Assembly (NCBI RefSeq): GCF_006345805.1
Contig: NC_043012.1
Location: forward strand, 11,346,001 to 11,410,000
Length of the DNA: 64,000 bases
Direction of reading: 5' to 3'
Origin: Octopus sinensis
Taxonomy: Eukaryota
This document shows positions 51,429 to 64,000 of the stretch, piece by piece. Each line of letters begins with the position of its first letter. The stretch's first letter is position 1. The notes beneath the pieces were generated by a model that had not been told where the DNA came from, did no database searches, and was given only the letters and a program-made list of their open reading frames with translations. Position numbers and translations under genes: made by a program.

Positions 51429-51510
51429 TTAAAAATAAAGCTTAAATAATCTAACACGTGACAGTTATCAATGTTGTTGTTGTTGTTGATGATATTGTTT
51501 AGCCACGAAA

Positions 51511-51722
51511 GGCGGCGAGCTGGCAGAAACGTTAGCGCGCCGGGCGAAGTGCTCAGCAGTATTTCGTCTGCCGTTACGCTCAGAGTTCAAATTCCGCCGA
51601 GGTCGACTTTGCCTTTCATCCTTTCGGGGTCAATAATTTAAGTACCAGTTGAACACTGGGATAGATCTAATCGACTGGCCCCCTCCCCCAAAAATTTCGG
51701 GCCTTGTGCCTAGAGTAGAAAA
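51511..51722 (+). mobile_element. SINE family A with 18-bp TSD
   Basis: Full-length copy; GATATTGTTTAGCCACGA at 51491-51508 and 51723-51740. Confidence 0.92.
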
Positions 51723-51912
51723 GATATTGTTTAGCCACGAGACAATCTTGATCGAGAAAATTTATGATTAAAAGAATCCCAAAATAGCAGTAACGCCGGT
51801 TCCTATGGAACAGCCATGTTTAAGTGGTGATAAGCATTACTTCTCAGTATTGTTACTGCTTGTATCGAACTCAGTTATTGTATCGGAATTTCGAACAGAG
51901 GTCGACACAAGA

Positions 51913-51954
51913 TACCTGAAGAAGGCTGGAGCGTACAACAGCCGAAACGTAGTG
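51913..51954 (+). ncRNA. minimal type I hammerhead ribozyme motif
   Basis: TAC-CTGAAGA-A-GGCTG-GAGCGTACAA-CAGCC-GAA-ACGT-A-GTG: canonical core, 5-bp stem II, palindromic stem III, GUA cleavage triplet, 3-bp stem I. Confidence 0.75.
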
Positions 51955-52147
51955 AAAACTACAAACAAAATGAGGACATCAGTCCGACAAAATATATATA
52001 ATATAATATAAATTTCTCATCTTAGAAATTTTCTGTACATAATATAAATTCCTCATCTCAGAAATATAGAATTGTATAGATTATTAGTTCACACTCTGTG
52101 TATAGACAAAAATAAACGACTTGTGAGTATATAGAATATTTTCGTAA

Positions 52148-52297
52148 GCGCAGGAGGGCTGTGTGGTAAGTAACTTGCTTACCAACCACATGGTTCCGGC
52201 GTGGCACCCTGGGCAAGTGTCTTCTACTATAGCCTCGGGCCGACCAAGCCTTGTGAATGGATTTGGTAGATGGAAACTGAAAGAAACCCGTCGTATG

Positions 52298-52348
<51 letters not shown>

Positions 52349-52616
52349 GCGTGTGTGTGTGTATGTGTGAGTGTGTGCGTGTGTGTATGTGTGTGTATGT
52401 GTGTGTGTGTTTGTGTGTCTGTGTTTGTCCCTCCCACAACATCGCTTGACAACCGATGCTGGTGTGTTTACGTCCCCGTAACTAAGCGATTCGGCAAAAG
52501 AGATCCGATAGAATTAGTACTAGGCTTACAAAGAATAAGTTTTGGGGTCGATTTGCTCGACTAAAGGCGGTGCTCCAGCATGGCCGCAGTCAAATGACTG
52601 AAACAAGTAAAAGAGT
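52148..52616 (+). mobile_element. SINE family B
   Basis: Head, CORE-like segment, expanded (TA)(TG)n and complete tail. Confidence 0.88.
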
Positions 52617-53744
52617 ATCAGGAAAGAAGAGCTCAGTCGGACTAATTTCAATTCATCCATTTTCTAAAAGTGAGAATGGTTTCCAACAGAACCGTAACTT
52701 AGAAAGGAGAAACAACAGTTTGTGTGTTTGTGTATTTCTCTCTTTATATAACTGAAGATATCTAGTGCCCGTTTCATGGACCAACAGTGGAATGGTTCTG
52801 CAGTCGTCGATGGGGTTCAAGCACAGAGAGCACGGAGAAACAGACTAAACCAAAAACCGTAACAGTTATCAACTACGATACTCTACCGTAGCCGTTACTC
52901 AGTTGTCTTGCATTGATGATGATGATGATGATGATGATGATAATGTATAGTAGCAAATCGATACTTACAGTATCATGCCAACTCATAAGGGCAGCTCGAT
53001 ACTTATAGTATCATACGGACTCATAGGGGCCGGTTTCCCGGTTTCATGGCGTATATATTCCCCATATTTTTGCCAGCTAAATGGACCGGCGCAACATGAA
53101 ATGAAGTGTTTTGCTCAAGAACACTACGCATCGCTCGGTCCAGAAATCGAAACCACAACCTTACAATCAAGAATCCAACACCCTAACCACTAATCCATGC
53201 GCCTCTACTACTTCCAGTGTAGACTTATTGTCATAAGCTTTCCAGCCGAGGCCACCACATCTGCTCGTTGTTTTCATACATAGTGTATCAGATGTATCTT
53301 CCAGTTTTTTGGGGGGTGGGGGTGGGGGATTTTTATTAAAACAGTAGGATGACATTTGAGAAAGACATAGCTGCCAGTTCTATCAGGTTGGGTGAGTAAC
53401 CTCATTGAAAGTATTTCTATTACACATTTTATTAATTAAAATTTCAATGTGATACAATGCACAGCCTTGTGAGCATCAACTGCCTGGGAACTTATGCGCA
53501 TTAAGTGTCCACTATGTTATTCAACTTATTCAACATTTTAACATCTGCGCCTACTCAGTAACGTCACATTAAAAATGCAGTATAAATGATACGATATAAA
53601 ATAATACGAATTTTAAGTGTTTAAATCAGATATTAATAAATGAAAGAATGGTTATAAAAATAACTGTATACTTGAGATACACAAACTCACACACGTACAT
53701 ACATACAAACATACATAAACAGACACATAAGCATACACACACAT

Positions 53745-53790
<46 letters not shown>

Positions 53791-53799
53791 ATATATATC

Positions 53800-53834
<35 letters not shown>

Positions 53835-54688
53835 CATATATATATACATATATATATATATACATATATATATTCAAATATATATATACATATATTCACA
53901 TATATATATATATATATACATGTATATATTCACATATATATCATATATATACATATACTGTATGTGTGTGTGAAGAGAAACTGTGGAATAAAAACTAGAG
54001 ATATAACTACATTCTGCCCTCAATGCCTGTGTGTGTGTGTCTGTGTCTGTGAATAATATTTTTATATCATTAAATATGTGTATGTGTCCTGGCATGAATG
54101 AGAGAGAGAGAGTGTGTATGTGTGCGTGCGTGTGTGTGTGTGTGTGTGTGTGTGCGCATGCGTGCGTGCGTTCGTGTATTGCTGTTAAAAGCGAAAAGCA
54201 AGCATTTGAAAAGCCGAAAAATATAAAACTAATTTAGGAGAGGACGTTGGAGAAAGAAATTCTTTGGTGCAATAAAAGATGTCTGAGTAAACGTGTTTGA
54301 GTATTGTTCGAAGGTTTTTCGTTGCAATTAAATGAGAATGCTGGAAATATTCTTTTTGTAATTGTCTGCGATAGAATGATTGTAACATTGCCTTAGAAAT
54401 ACAGCCAGTATTTTATGTTGTCGTTCTTACCAATTCCCCAGATCCCCATCATTACATTCAAACCATTGTTAACAGTTTCTAACAACAACAAAAAAAAAAA
54501 AAAAAAGAATTTGAAAACTACAAAAATACTAAAAAAAATAAATAAACGCACAAAAATAAACAAATGCAACTAAATAAATAGCAAACAAACAATTACAATA
54601 ACTATAGCAAATACTAACAATAGCAGTTTGTTGCTATGGGAAATATTTAGAGAATACTACTATGATAATAATAATAATAATAATAATG

Positions 54689-54748
<60 letters not shown>

Positions 54749-54753
54749 GATGG

Positions 54754-54804
<51 letters not shown>

Positions 54805-55300
54805 CGATGATAGATAATAGATAATATACAGTGCAATAACTCTATAAAGTGTAAACATAAAGTGCTTGGTTGTTTGATTCCCTTAATATATGCAACAGAG
54901 TTACACACACACACATACACACATGTAGGTGTTTTATTGTTGTTTTGTTGTTGCATTTAGAATATATATATATATATAGATGCACCATTCAAACAAATAC
55001 ACATAGGATCTACCCATACAGAACAAAACACACGACTCCATCAACAATGTTGGGACACTGTACGAGTGAGTCATCTCTCTCTCTCTCTCTCTCTCTGTTC
55101 TTCATCTGTCTCCGGTTGAAGTCCCATCCATTAGCATTTCCATCCAGAAACACTTTCAGTCCAGGGATTTATGAAGTAAACCATAAGAATATACTTATCT
55201 GCCCTTCCTCGGTGTATCATTGCTCATTCAAGACCCAAATCTCTATAGAATGCTTAGTGTGAATCCACCGTCACATTTGCCCGGCAACACTCCTAATACT

Positions 55301-55715
55301 TATTTCTTTATTGCCCACAAGGGGTTAAACATAAAGGGGACAAACAAGGACAGACAATCGGATTAAGTCGATTACATCGACCCCAGTGTGTAACTGGTAC
55401 TTAATTTATCGACCCCGAAAGGATGAAAGGTAAAGTCGACCTCGGCGGAATTTGAACTCAGAACGTAACGGCAGACGAAATACCTATTTCTTTACTACCC
55501 ACAAGGGGCTAAACAGAGTGGGGACAAACAAGGACAGACAAACGGATTAAGTCGATTACATCGACCCCAGTGTGTAACTGGTACTTAATTTATCGACCCC
55601 GAAAGGATGAAAGGTAAAGTCGACCTCGGCGGAATTTGAACTCAGAACGTAACGACAGACGAAATACGGCTACGCATTTCGCCCGGCGTGCTAACGTTTC
55701 TGCCAGCTCGCCGCC
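55301..55715 (-). mobile_element. SINE family A dimer with a single TSD
   Basis: Two units joined at AAAGAAATAG|GTATTTCGTC; CACTCCTAATACT flanks both sides. Confidence 0.9.
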
Positions 55716-56072
55716 TTGACAGCACTCCTAATACTACTCTTACCACCAATCCAACTTTGATCCTCACATCACCAAGACGGCAATTCCACCAAAGAGACTA
55801 GTTGCAGAAGTGCGTTCTTCACCCATATTTACTGCTTCAGTACTTGTGATATCAGTAAGTTATCAACGAATGTTTACAGCCGCCGAACGCGTTCCTTCCA
55901 CCAGAAACAAACGAACAGACGTCCCTATCTAATTAAAACTGTTGTGGACCAAATAACGATTTCACAACAATATATTACGACGGTGGGGTACGTATTCACT
56001 ACCTCCACCGGATAGTTCAGGGATAATTTCCTCCTAACCACTTTTTTAATGATAATAATAATAATAATAATA

Positions 56073-56107
<35 letters not shown>

Positions 56108-56134
56108 GTAATGATGATGATGATGATGATGATG

Positions 56135-56214
<80 letters not shown>

Positions 56215-56259
56215 AAGAAGAAGAAGAAGAAGAAGAAGAAGAAGAGAAGAAGAAGAAGA

Positions 56260-56541
56260 ATGACAGGTTTACTTGGGAAGTTAAGCAGTTGTGGTCGATG
56301 AAAAAGGTAGTAGTGGTACCAATAATTGTCGGAGCCCTGGGAACAGAAAGCAAAAGTCTCAAAAGTACGTGGAACAAATAGGTACTGCAATAAAGGTGGA
56401 GCACTTGCAGAAAATAGCACTGCTTGGAACCGCTCGAATACTCCGGAAGGTACTCGAAAAGTAAGAGGTGTTACCTTAGTTCACTGGTAATGAATAGCTG
56501 ACACTGTAGTACATCTCCAGCGTCAGAAGCTGTGCAAAGGC
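56260..56541 (+). mobile_element. Dong/R4-like LINE 3' end inserted in (TAA)n
   Basis: WEVKQLWSMKKVVVVPIIVGALGT / KYVEQIG..EHLQKIALLGTARILRKVL*, short 3'UTR, then (AAT)n directly; (AAT)n also lies upstream. Confidence 0.85.
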
Positions 56542-56643
<102 letters not shown>

Positions 56644-56764
56644 AATAAAGTGATTATTACCGAAATATTTCGACAAGTATCTGCTGGTAGAGTGGAGATA
56701 AAATACTTGTACGATTATGCAACAAAACGTGTTTGCCCTATCACATCTCTCCTGTTTACACTTG

Positions 56765-56780
56765 CATGTATGTATGTATG

Positions 56781-56814
<34 letters not shown>

Positions 56815-57363
56815 TGTATGTATGTATGTATGTATGTATGAATGTATGTATGAATGTATGTATGAATGTATGTATGTATGTTGTATGTATGTATGTATGT
56901 ATGTATGTATATATGATGTATGTATGATGTATGTATGTATGTGTGTATGTATGAATTATGTATGTATGTATGTGTGTGTGTATGTATGTATGTATGTAAT
57001 GTATGTATGGGTGTGTGTATGTGTGTATGTATGTATGTATGTATGTATGTATGTGTGTATGAATGTATGTTGTATGTATGTATGTATGTATGTATGTATG
57101 TATGAATGTATGTATGATGTATGTAGTATGTATGTATGTATGTATATATGTATGTATGTATGATGTATGTATGTATGTATGTATGTGTTGTGTATGTATG
57201 TATGTATGTATGTATGTATGTATGTGTGGTGTATGTATGTATGTATGTATGTATGTATGTATGTATGTGCGTATGAATGTATGTGTGCATGTATGTATGT
57301 ATGTATGTATGTATGTATGAATGTATATATGTATGTATGTATGTATATATGTATGTATGTATG

Positions 57364-57397
<34 letters not shown>

Positions 57398-57427
57398 TGT
57401 ATATATGTATGTATGTATGAATGTATG

Positions 57428-57461
<34 letters not shown>

Positions 57462-57566
57462 TGTATGTATGCATGTATGTATGTATGTATGTATGTATGT
57501 ATATATGTATGTATGTATGTATGAATTATGTATGTATGTATGTGTGTGTGTATGTATGTATGTATG

Positions 57567-57600
<34 letters not shown>

Positions 57601-57665
57601 TGTATGTATGAATGTATGTATGAATGTATGTATGAATGTATGTATGTATGTAGTATGTATGTATG

Positions 57666-57699
<34 letters not shown>

Positions 57700-57971
57700 T
57701 GTATGTATGTTGTATGTATGTATGTATGTGTGTATGTATGAATTATGTATGTATGTATGTGTGTGTGTATGTATGTATGTATGTATGTATGTATGTGTGT
57801 GTGTATGTGTGTATGTATGTATGTATGTATGTATGTATGTGTGTATGAATGTATGTGTGCATGTATGTATGTATGTATGTATGTATGTATGAATGTATGT
57901 ATGCATGTATGTATGTATGTATGTATGTATGTATATATGTATGTATGTATGTATATATGTATGTATGTATG

Positions 57972-58005
<34 letters not shown>

Positions 58006-58143
58006 TATATGTATGTATGTATGAATGTATGTATGTATGTATGTATGTATGTATGTATGTATGTATGTATGAATGTATGTATGCATGTATGTATGTATGT
58101 ATGTATGTATATATGTATGTATGTATGTATATATGTATGTATG

Positions 58144-58177
<34 letters not shown>

Positions 58178-58203
58178 TATATGTATGTATGTATGAATGT
58201 ATG

Positions 58204-58237
<34 letters not shown>

Positions 58238-58437
58238 TGTATGTATGCATGTATGTATGTATGTATGTATATATGTATGTATGTATGTATGTATATATGT
58301 ATGTATGTATGTATATGTATGTATGTATGATGTAGTATGTATGTATATATGTATGTATGTATGTATGAATGTATGTATATATGTATATATGTATATATGT
58401 ATGTATGAGTATGTATGTATGTATGTATGTATGTATG

Positions 58438-58496
<59 letters not shown>

Positions 58497-58655
58497 ATAT
58501 GTATGTATGTATATATGTATGTATGTATGTATGTATATATGTATGTATGTATGTATATATGTATATATGTATGTATGTATATATGTATGTATGTATGTAT
58601 ATATGTATATATGTATGTATGCATGTATGTATGTATGTATGTATGTATGTATGTA
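56765..58655. repeat. ~1.9-kb (TATG)n array
   Basis: Directly visible, with recurring variant blocks. Confidence 0.97.
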
Positions 58656-58835
58656 TACGCGTACACGCACACACACACACACACATACACACACACACAC
58701 ACACGCATATATATAAGGAATATATTATATGTTAAAAGCTGCAAACACAAACAGAAATATGCAGATATTTGTAGATAGACAGAAATGTGTGGAATGCAAG
58801 TGTGTGTGTGTATTTGTGTGTGCATGTTTGTGTAT

Positions 58836-58889
<54 letters not shown>

Positions 58890-59206
58890 ATGGTAAAAAA
58901 ATGAAGCTGATTTTCGTTTCATTGGTGCTGCTGTATGGATGTTTTAGTTTCTCAGCCTTACTTTCCATGAGCTCACAAATACTGTACACCTTAAAGCTTT
59001 CGTGGACACGAAGTGTAGGAAGCGCGCTAATATTGAACCCGGAACCTCATGTATGCCAACCAACCTCTTAAGGATACCTGTAGCAATATTGACATGGAAG
59101 TCAGTCAAAAAAGTTATATCTAAAATTAGACGCTGCAATTTGACTTCTAGAGAAGACGAAGTACTGCAAAAGAAAAGAAGGAAGTTAAAACCAACAAGTA
59201 TTAACA

Positions 59207-60015
59207 CAAAATGAACTCTTCCAGAATCGTACAAAATTGCGAACTCTTCCAGAATCTTTCAAAAAGAATGCACTCTTCCAGAATCGTACGAAACAATGAA
59301 TTCTTCCAGAATCGTACGAAACAGTGAACTCTTCAAGAATCATACAACAAAATGAACTCTTCCAGAATTGTACAAAACAGTGAACTCTTCCAGAATCATA
59401 CAAAACTTTGAATTCTTCCAGAATCGTACAAAACTGAACTCTTCCAGGATCATACAAAACAGTAACTCTTCTGGAATTGTACAAAACTGTGAACTCTTCC
59501 AGAATCGTACAAAACTGAACTCTTCCAGGATCATACAAAACAGTAACTCTTCTGGAATTGTACAAAACTGTGAACTCTTCCAGAATTGTACAAAACTGAA
59601 CTCTTCCAGGATCATACAAAACAGTAACTCTTCTGGAATTGTACAAAACTGTGAACTCTTCCAGAATCGTACAAAACTGAACTCTTCCAGGATCATACAA
59701 AACAGTAACTCTTCTGGAATTGTACAAAACTGTGAACTCTTCCAGAATCGTACAAAACTGAACTCTTCCAGAATCGTTCAAACAGAGTGAACTCTTCCAG
59801 AATCGTTCAAACAGAGTGAACTCTTCCAGAATCGTTCAAACAGAGTGAACTCTTCCAGAATCGTTCAAAAAGAATGAACTCTTCCAGAATCGTAGAAAAT
59901 AATTCACTCTTCCAGAATCGTACGAAACAGTGAATTGTTCTGGAATTGTACAAAATATAATGGATTTTTCCTGAATTGGATAAAACATAATGTACTTTTC
60001 TAGAATTGTGCAAAA
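59207..60015. repeat. 26-28-bp minisatellite with an 81-bp higher-order repeat
   Basis: Unit GAACTCTTCCAGAATCGTACAAAAC(AG/TG)T, roughly 29 copies; 26+28+27-bp triplets start at 59410, 59491, 59572 and 59653. Confidence 0.95.
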
Positions 60016-61112
60016 CACGAGCAAAAAAAAAACCTCTCATATACGATTCTTAGGTAAAATAATGTTTAAGGATACTAAATATAAAGTTAGAGTTTATATA
60101 TCAAAAGCAAAGTTACTGTTCACTTTAATCTGTGTAATATGTCAATAAATAGAGGACGATCTTGAATAATGTAGTCTCTTTGCTTTTTGATATAGACACG
60201 CACTTATATATGTGTGTATGTTTGTGTATATGTATATATGTGTGTGTGCGTGTGTCCACATAAATGTGTGTGTGGAGTATGTCTGACTCTAGGATTGGTA
60301 AGAGATGGGTACATAACGAAGGGCAAAATATCGTAAAATCGATCAATTTTCTCTATGTACAAAGCTATTTACAAAGAACAAAGATCAATACTTTTGTAAA
60401 TGTAAGCAAACAATGAAAGGGTTTAATAGAAAGACACTGGAGTGCAATTTTGGATTAAATTGTTTACAGTGTGAATGACGAAATGTAAAACGAATGAATG
60501 ATATTGGCAAAAAAAAAAAATAACAGTGAAAAGGAAAAAACACACGGTCGGAAAGCGTGATAAGTTATTCGGTAATAGATAAAAAATACAAAAAGACCGC
60601 AAAACAAAAACGAACATAAAGTCAATAGTTAGGATATAATAGCTTAGAAGTTTCAAGTTGATACTTAAATCTGCCGCTTCGTAGTCGAAACTATTTCGGA
60701 TACAGCTCAAAGCATTTCATGATTTAGGCATCAAGGGAAAGCTAGCTCCAATGGGTCTCTGCGGGCTCTTCGAATCTAGCGGGAAAAAGGTGGAAATATT
60801 GACAGTTGCTGGTTTACTGAAACAGTAAGTGACGTACCAAAATATCGAAATATTTATCTTCCCACTGGAGACATGATTCAAGAGTTTGTTAAAGAAGTCA
60901 CCCAAAGAGGACCAGATTGTTGTTTTAAATAGGTCGACGGATTAATTCTACAAATTGCGAGATGGTCGCTAAATTTTCGTCTCCTCTATTTTAATCACAG
61001 GTCTTGAGTCAACCCCAGACTGTGGATGTAGACACTTGATCAAGGTGCTATGCAGTAGGATCGAATTAAGATTTATGCGATTGTGAAGCAAATTTCTTAA
61101 GCATGTATCTAT

Positions 61113-61495
61113 AGGCGCAGGAGTGGCTGTGTGGTAAGTAGCTTGCTTCCCAACCACATGGTTCCGGGTTCAGTCCCACTGCGTGGCACTTTGGCCAAGT
61201 GTCTTCTACTATAGCCTCGGGCCGACCAAAGCCTGGTGAGTGGATTTGGTAAACGGAAACTGAAAGAAGCCTGTCGTGTATATGTATATATATATATATA
61301 CGTGCTTGTGTGTCTGTGTTTGTTCCCCCAACATCGCTTGACAACCGATGTTGATGTGTTCATGTCCCCGTAACTTAGCGGTTCTGCACAAGAGTCCGAT
61401 GGAATAAGTACTAGGCTTACAAAGAATAAGTCCCGGGGTCGATTTGCTCGACTAAAGGCGATGCTCCAGCATGGCCACAGTAAAGAGTAAAGAGT
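61113..61495 (+). mobile_element. SINE family B
   Basis: Full head and CORE-like segment; the tail lacks the terminal hairpin. Confidence 0.88.
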
Positions 61496-61813
61496 ACCTG
61501 CACTTATGGTTTGTCGAATATCTTTATTGGACCGGCTCAAATATATTAATGCAGAAAGGCAAAGACTAAATGAATGCAGTATTGGAAATTCTTGTTCCTA
61601 ATTTGTGAGTTCAAATCCTCTGTACATGTTTCCTTGTATTCGCCATTCTACATTAACTTATTTGACCGAAATAGGTCCGTACCACATCAGTTGTCTATAA
61701 ACAGCAATAAACAGGTGAACTGTCTGATCATTTGGTTAAGTCACCTGTGAAACATAAGTGTACTATCCACAGCATCTGGCTACGTTACCGGCGATATTCC
61801 GTTGTGTATATGA

Positions 61814-61848
<35 letters not shown>

Positions 61849-61849
61849 T

Positions 61850-62146
61850 AAAGAATCGCTTTGGTCATGAATGACCGTGGGATTGAACCTGGAAAGTTAC
61901 CCTCCGAAGTACAAGTCCGGGCAAGGTCGTTTATGGAAGACCAGCTTTCACCCATGCATACCAGCCACCCGTTTAGACCGTAAAAGCCGAGGCAGTTTGG
62001 TACCAGTGAAATCGCATTGCTACAGCTGAGTGAACTGGAGCAACGTGAAATAAAGTGTCTTGCTCAAGAACACAACACACAGCCCAGTCCAGGAATCGAA
62101 CTCACTACCTCATGACTGTGAGCCCGACGCTCTGACCACTGAGCCA
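61850..62146 (-). mobile_element. tRNA-derived SINE related to family C
   Basis: Minus-strand head TGGCTCAGTGGTCAGAGCG and B box GAGTTCGATTCC; similar to 43500-43720. Confidence 0.7.
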
Positions 62147-62468
62147 TATATTTATTGCACACTGTATGGATTTATATAACCCTGTGATAATCACAAAACG
62201 GCTCTTTTAGTGGGCCCGGTTACAAACCACATAGGAGACCGTAGGTGTGTAAAGCAGAGTCCTAGTGCAGTCACGTAAATTAATTTATCATACACCAATA
62301 TAAATCATTTTTGCATGATGTCGACTGTGAAACGGCCGTAACCCGATGGATATCAACTGGGGAAATAAATGTTTTCATCTCATACCTCCCGACTTTCTTT
62401 ATATCCCTCCCCTCTCTCTCTACATATATGTACATATATATATACATATATCTATATATCTCTCTCTC

Positions 62469-62617
<149 letters not shown>

Positions 62618-64000
62618 GTACCACTTTAAAAGGCTTTTTAGTCACAGGAATCGAACCCAGGACGTATTCTTTGTAAGCCTAGTATTTATTCTGTCGGCCA
62701 CTTTTGCCGAACTGCTAAGTTACGAGGACGTAAACACACTAGTATTAGATGTCAAGCGATGGTGGGGGTGGGGGATAAGTACTGACACAAAGACACACTC
62801 ACATAAATATATACATATATATGCATATATGTGTGTGTGTGTGTGATGTATTTCACGCCAACAAACCTTATATGATTACTGGTACTAAAGAAGGCCTACG
62901 AGGGTCAAGAGAGATTTAGTATTTACCTTAAACTACAGAAATGTTATTGGTGTTTATTTTAGCGACTTCAGTTGTACTAAAAGACCAAGATGAACGAGTC
63001 GAGATTCGAAATCAGTCTTAATAAGATGGTGAACCAATTATCTTTAAAACAGTTTCTACTTTAACCAAAGAAGAAGAAAAAGAAGAAAAAAAGAAAGAGA
63101 GAAAGCTTGTGCTTAATTTTCGATAACCCAACCATATTTTTTGAGAATATAAACCACATTAGTTCTAAATAAAACACATTCCCTGATATATTAAACATAT
63201 TTCATTCAGGAAGAATATGCTTTCCTTTTGTCTCGTTCATTTCATTCTGGTTTGGTTCTTGTTTTCTATTTGTTTTATTTTCAATTTTATATTTCTGCTT
63301 TTCTTTTTTTTTTCCCTACATGTTGAAGTTTGAATTTGATTGCGAAACTTGAAAACACACACATAAATAAACGAATGAATGGATAAATAAATAAATAAAT
63401 AAATAAATAAAGGAAGGAAGAAAGGAAGAAAGAAATGAAAATAAATAACAAAGAAGGAAAATACAAAAAAAAGAAGAATTGGTGTAGTTAGTGTTACTGT
63501 ATTGTCAAACGTTAAATGTATAATTATTTTCCATGGTTTAACAATAAATCTATTGATTTAGTTTTATTCTTTATTCTGATACCTTTAGAACAACTTTATT
63601 GATTATTTTAATAGTCGGTGGAGGTAATTGTGAAGGTCTAAGTGGGGGAAAGAGAGGAAATAGTTGAAGCAAACTGGAAGAGAAGAGAAAAAAAATTCTT
63701 CTGATCTCGAGAATGGCTATTGGTAAATTTTAAATGTATTTCTACCTATTGTAATGGACAAATTGGGGGAGATTTGTACAAGATAAGTAAATTTGTAGAA
63801 GTGAATTGAAAGATAATTTCCTAGTGAGGTCAGAAGTAATAAAGAGAATTTCCATTTACTGGTTTGTCTATTTTTATTTCGTGTTTTCACTCAATTACCG
63901 TCATAACTCTAACTCATTCTCTCTCACTCTCTGTCTCTCTCTCTGAAGATCATTTTTGCAGGAAACGGTGAGACAACAATAAACTTTCGTTTCTCGTGAG

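Noticed and set aside
56715-58891. Long ORFs (up to 661 aa) of HTYI/MYVC repeats, also at 47444-48245 and 33234-33862
   Set aside because: They are translations of (TATG)n and (TA)n microsatellites, which lack stop codons in several frames; there is no coding complexity.
59185-59790. Repeat array resembling a CRISPR or a 27-aa repeat protein
   Set aside because: The units are contiguous with no unique spacers, there are no cas genes, and the context is eukaryotic. The ORFs follow from the 81-bp period.

Overview
AT-rich, microsatellite-dense eukaryotic DNA. The SINE repertoire looks like an octopod cephalopod (Octopus-like); this is inferred from repeat families only. One protein-coding gene is confidently recognisable: a four-jointed (FJX1-like) Golgi/secreted kinase with an intronless CDS at 15843-17441 (+), preceded by a splice acceptor and two short uORFs and followed by a poly(A) signal. 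Almost all other ORFs in the track are artefacts of (TA)n, (TG)n and (TATG)n repeats or of SINEs. The rest of the window is mobile DNA: at least three tRNA-derived SINE families, CR1-like and R4/Dong-like LINE remnants, Penelope-like (PLE) remnants, hAT, Tc1/mariner and pogo remnants, two non-autonomous Helitrons, and two copies of a MITE carrying telomeric (CCCTAA)n. The most interesting hidden layer is a scattered set of minimal type I hammerhead-ribozyme-like motifs tied to PLE fragments. These include a well-formed one at 51913-51954 and one at 5365-5415 (-) with a swapped G3:C8 catalytic-core pair. The window also shows a shared SINE/LINE 3' tail with compensatory stem changes, a 27-bp minisatellite with an 81-bp higher-order repeat, and a 100-N gap. 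All family assignments come from manual motif reading; no database searches were run.
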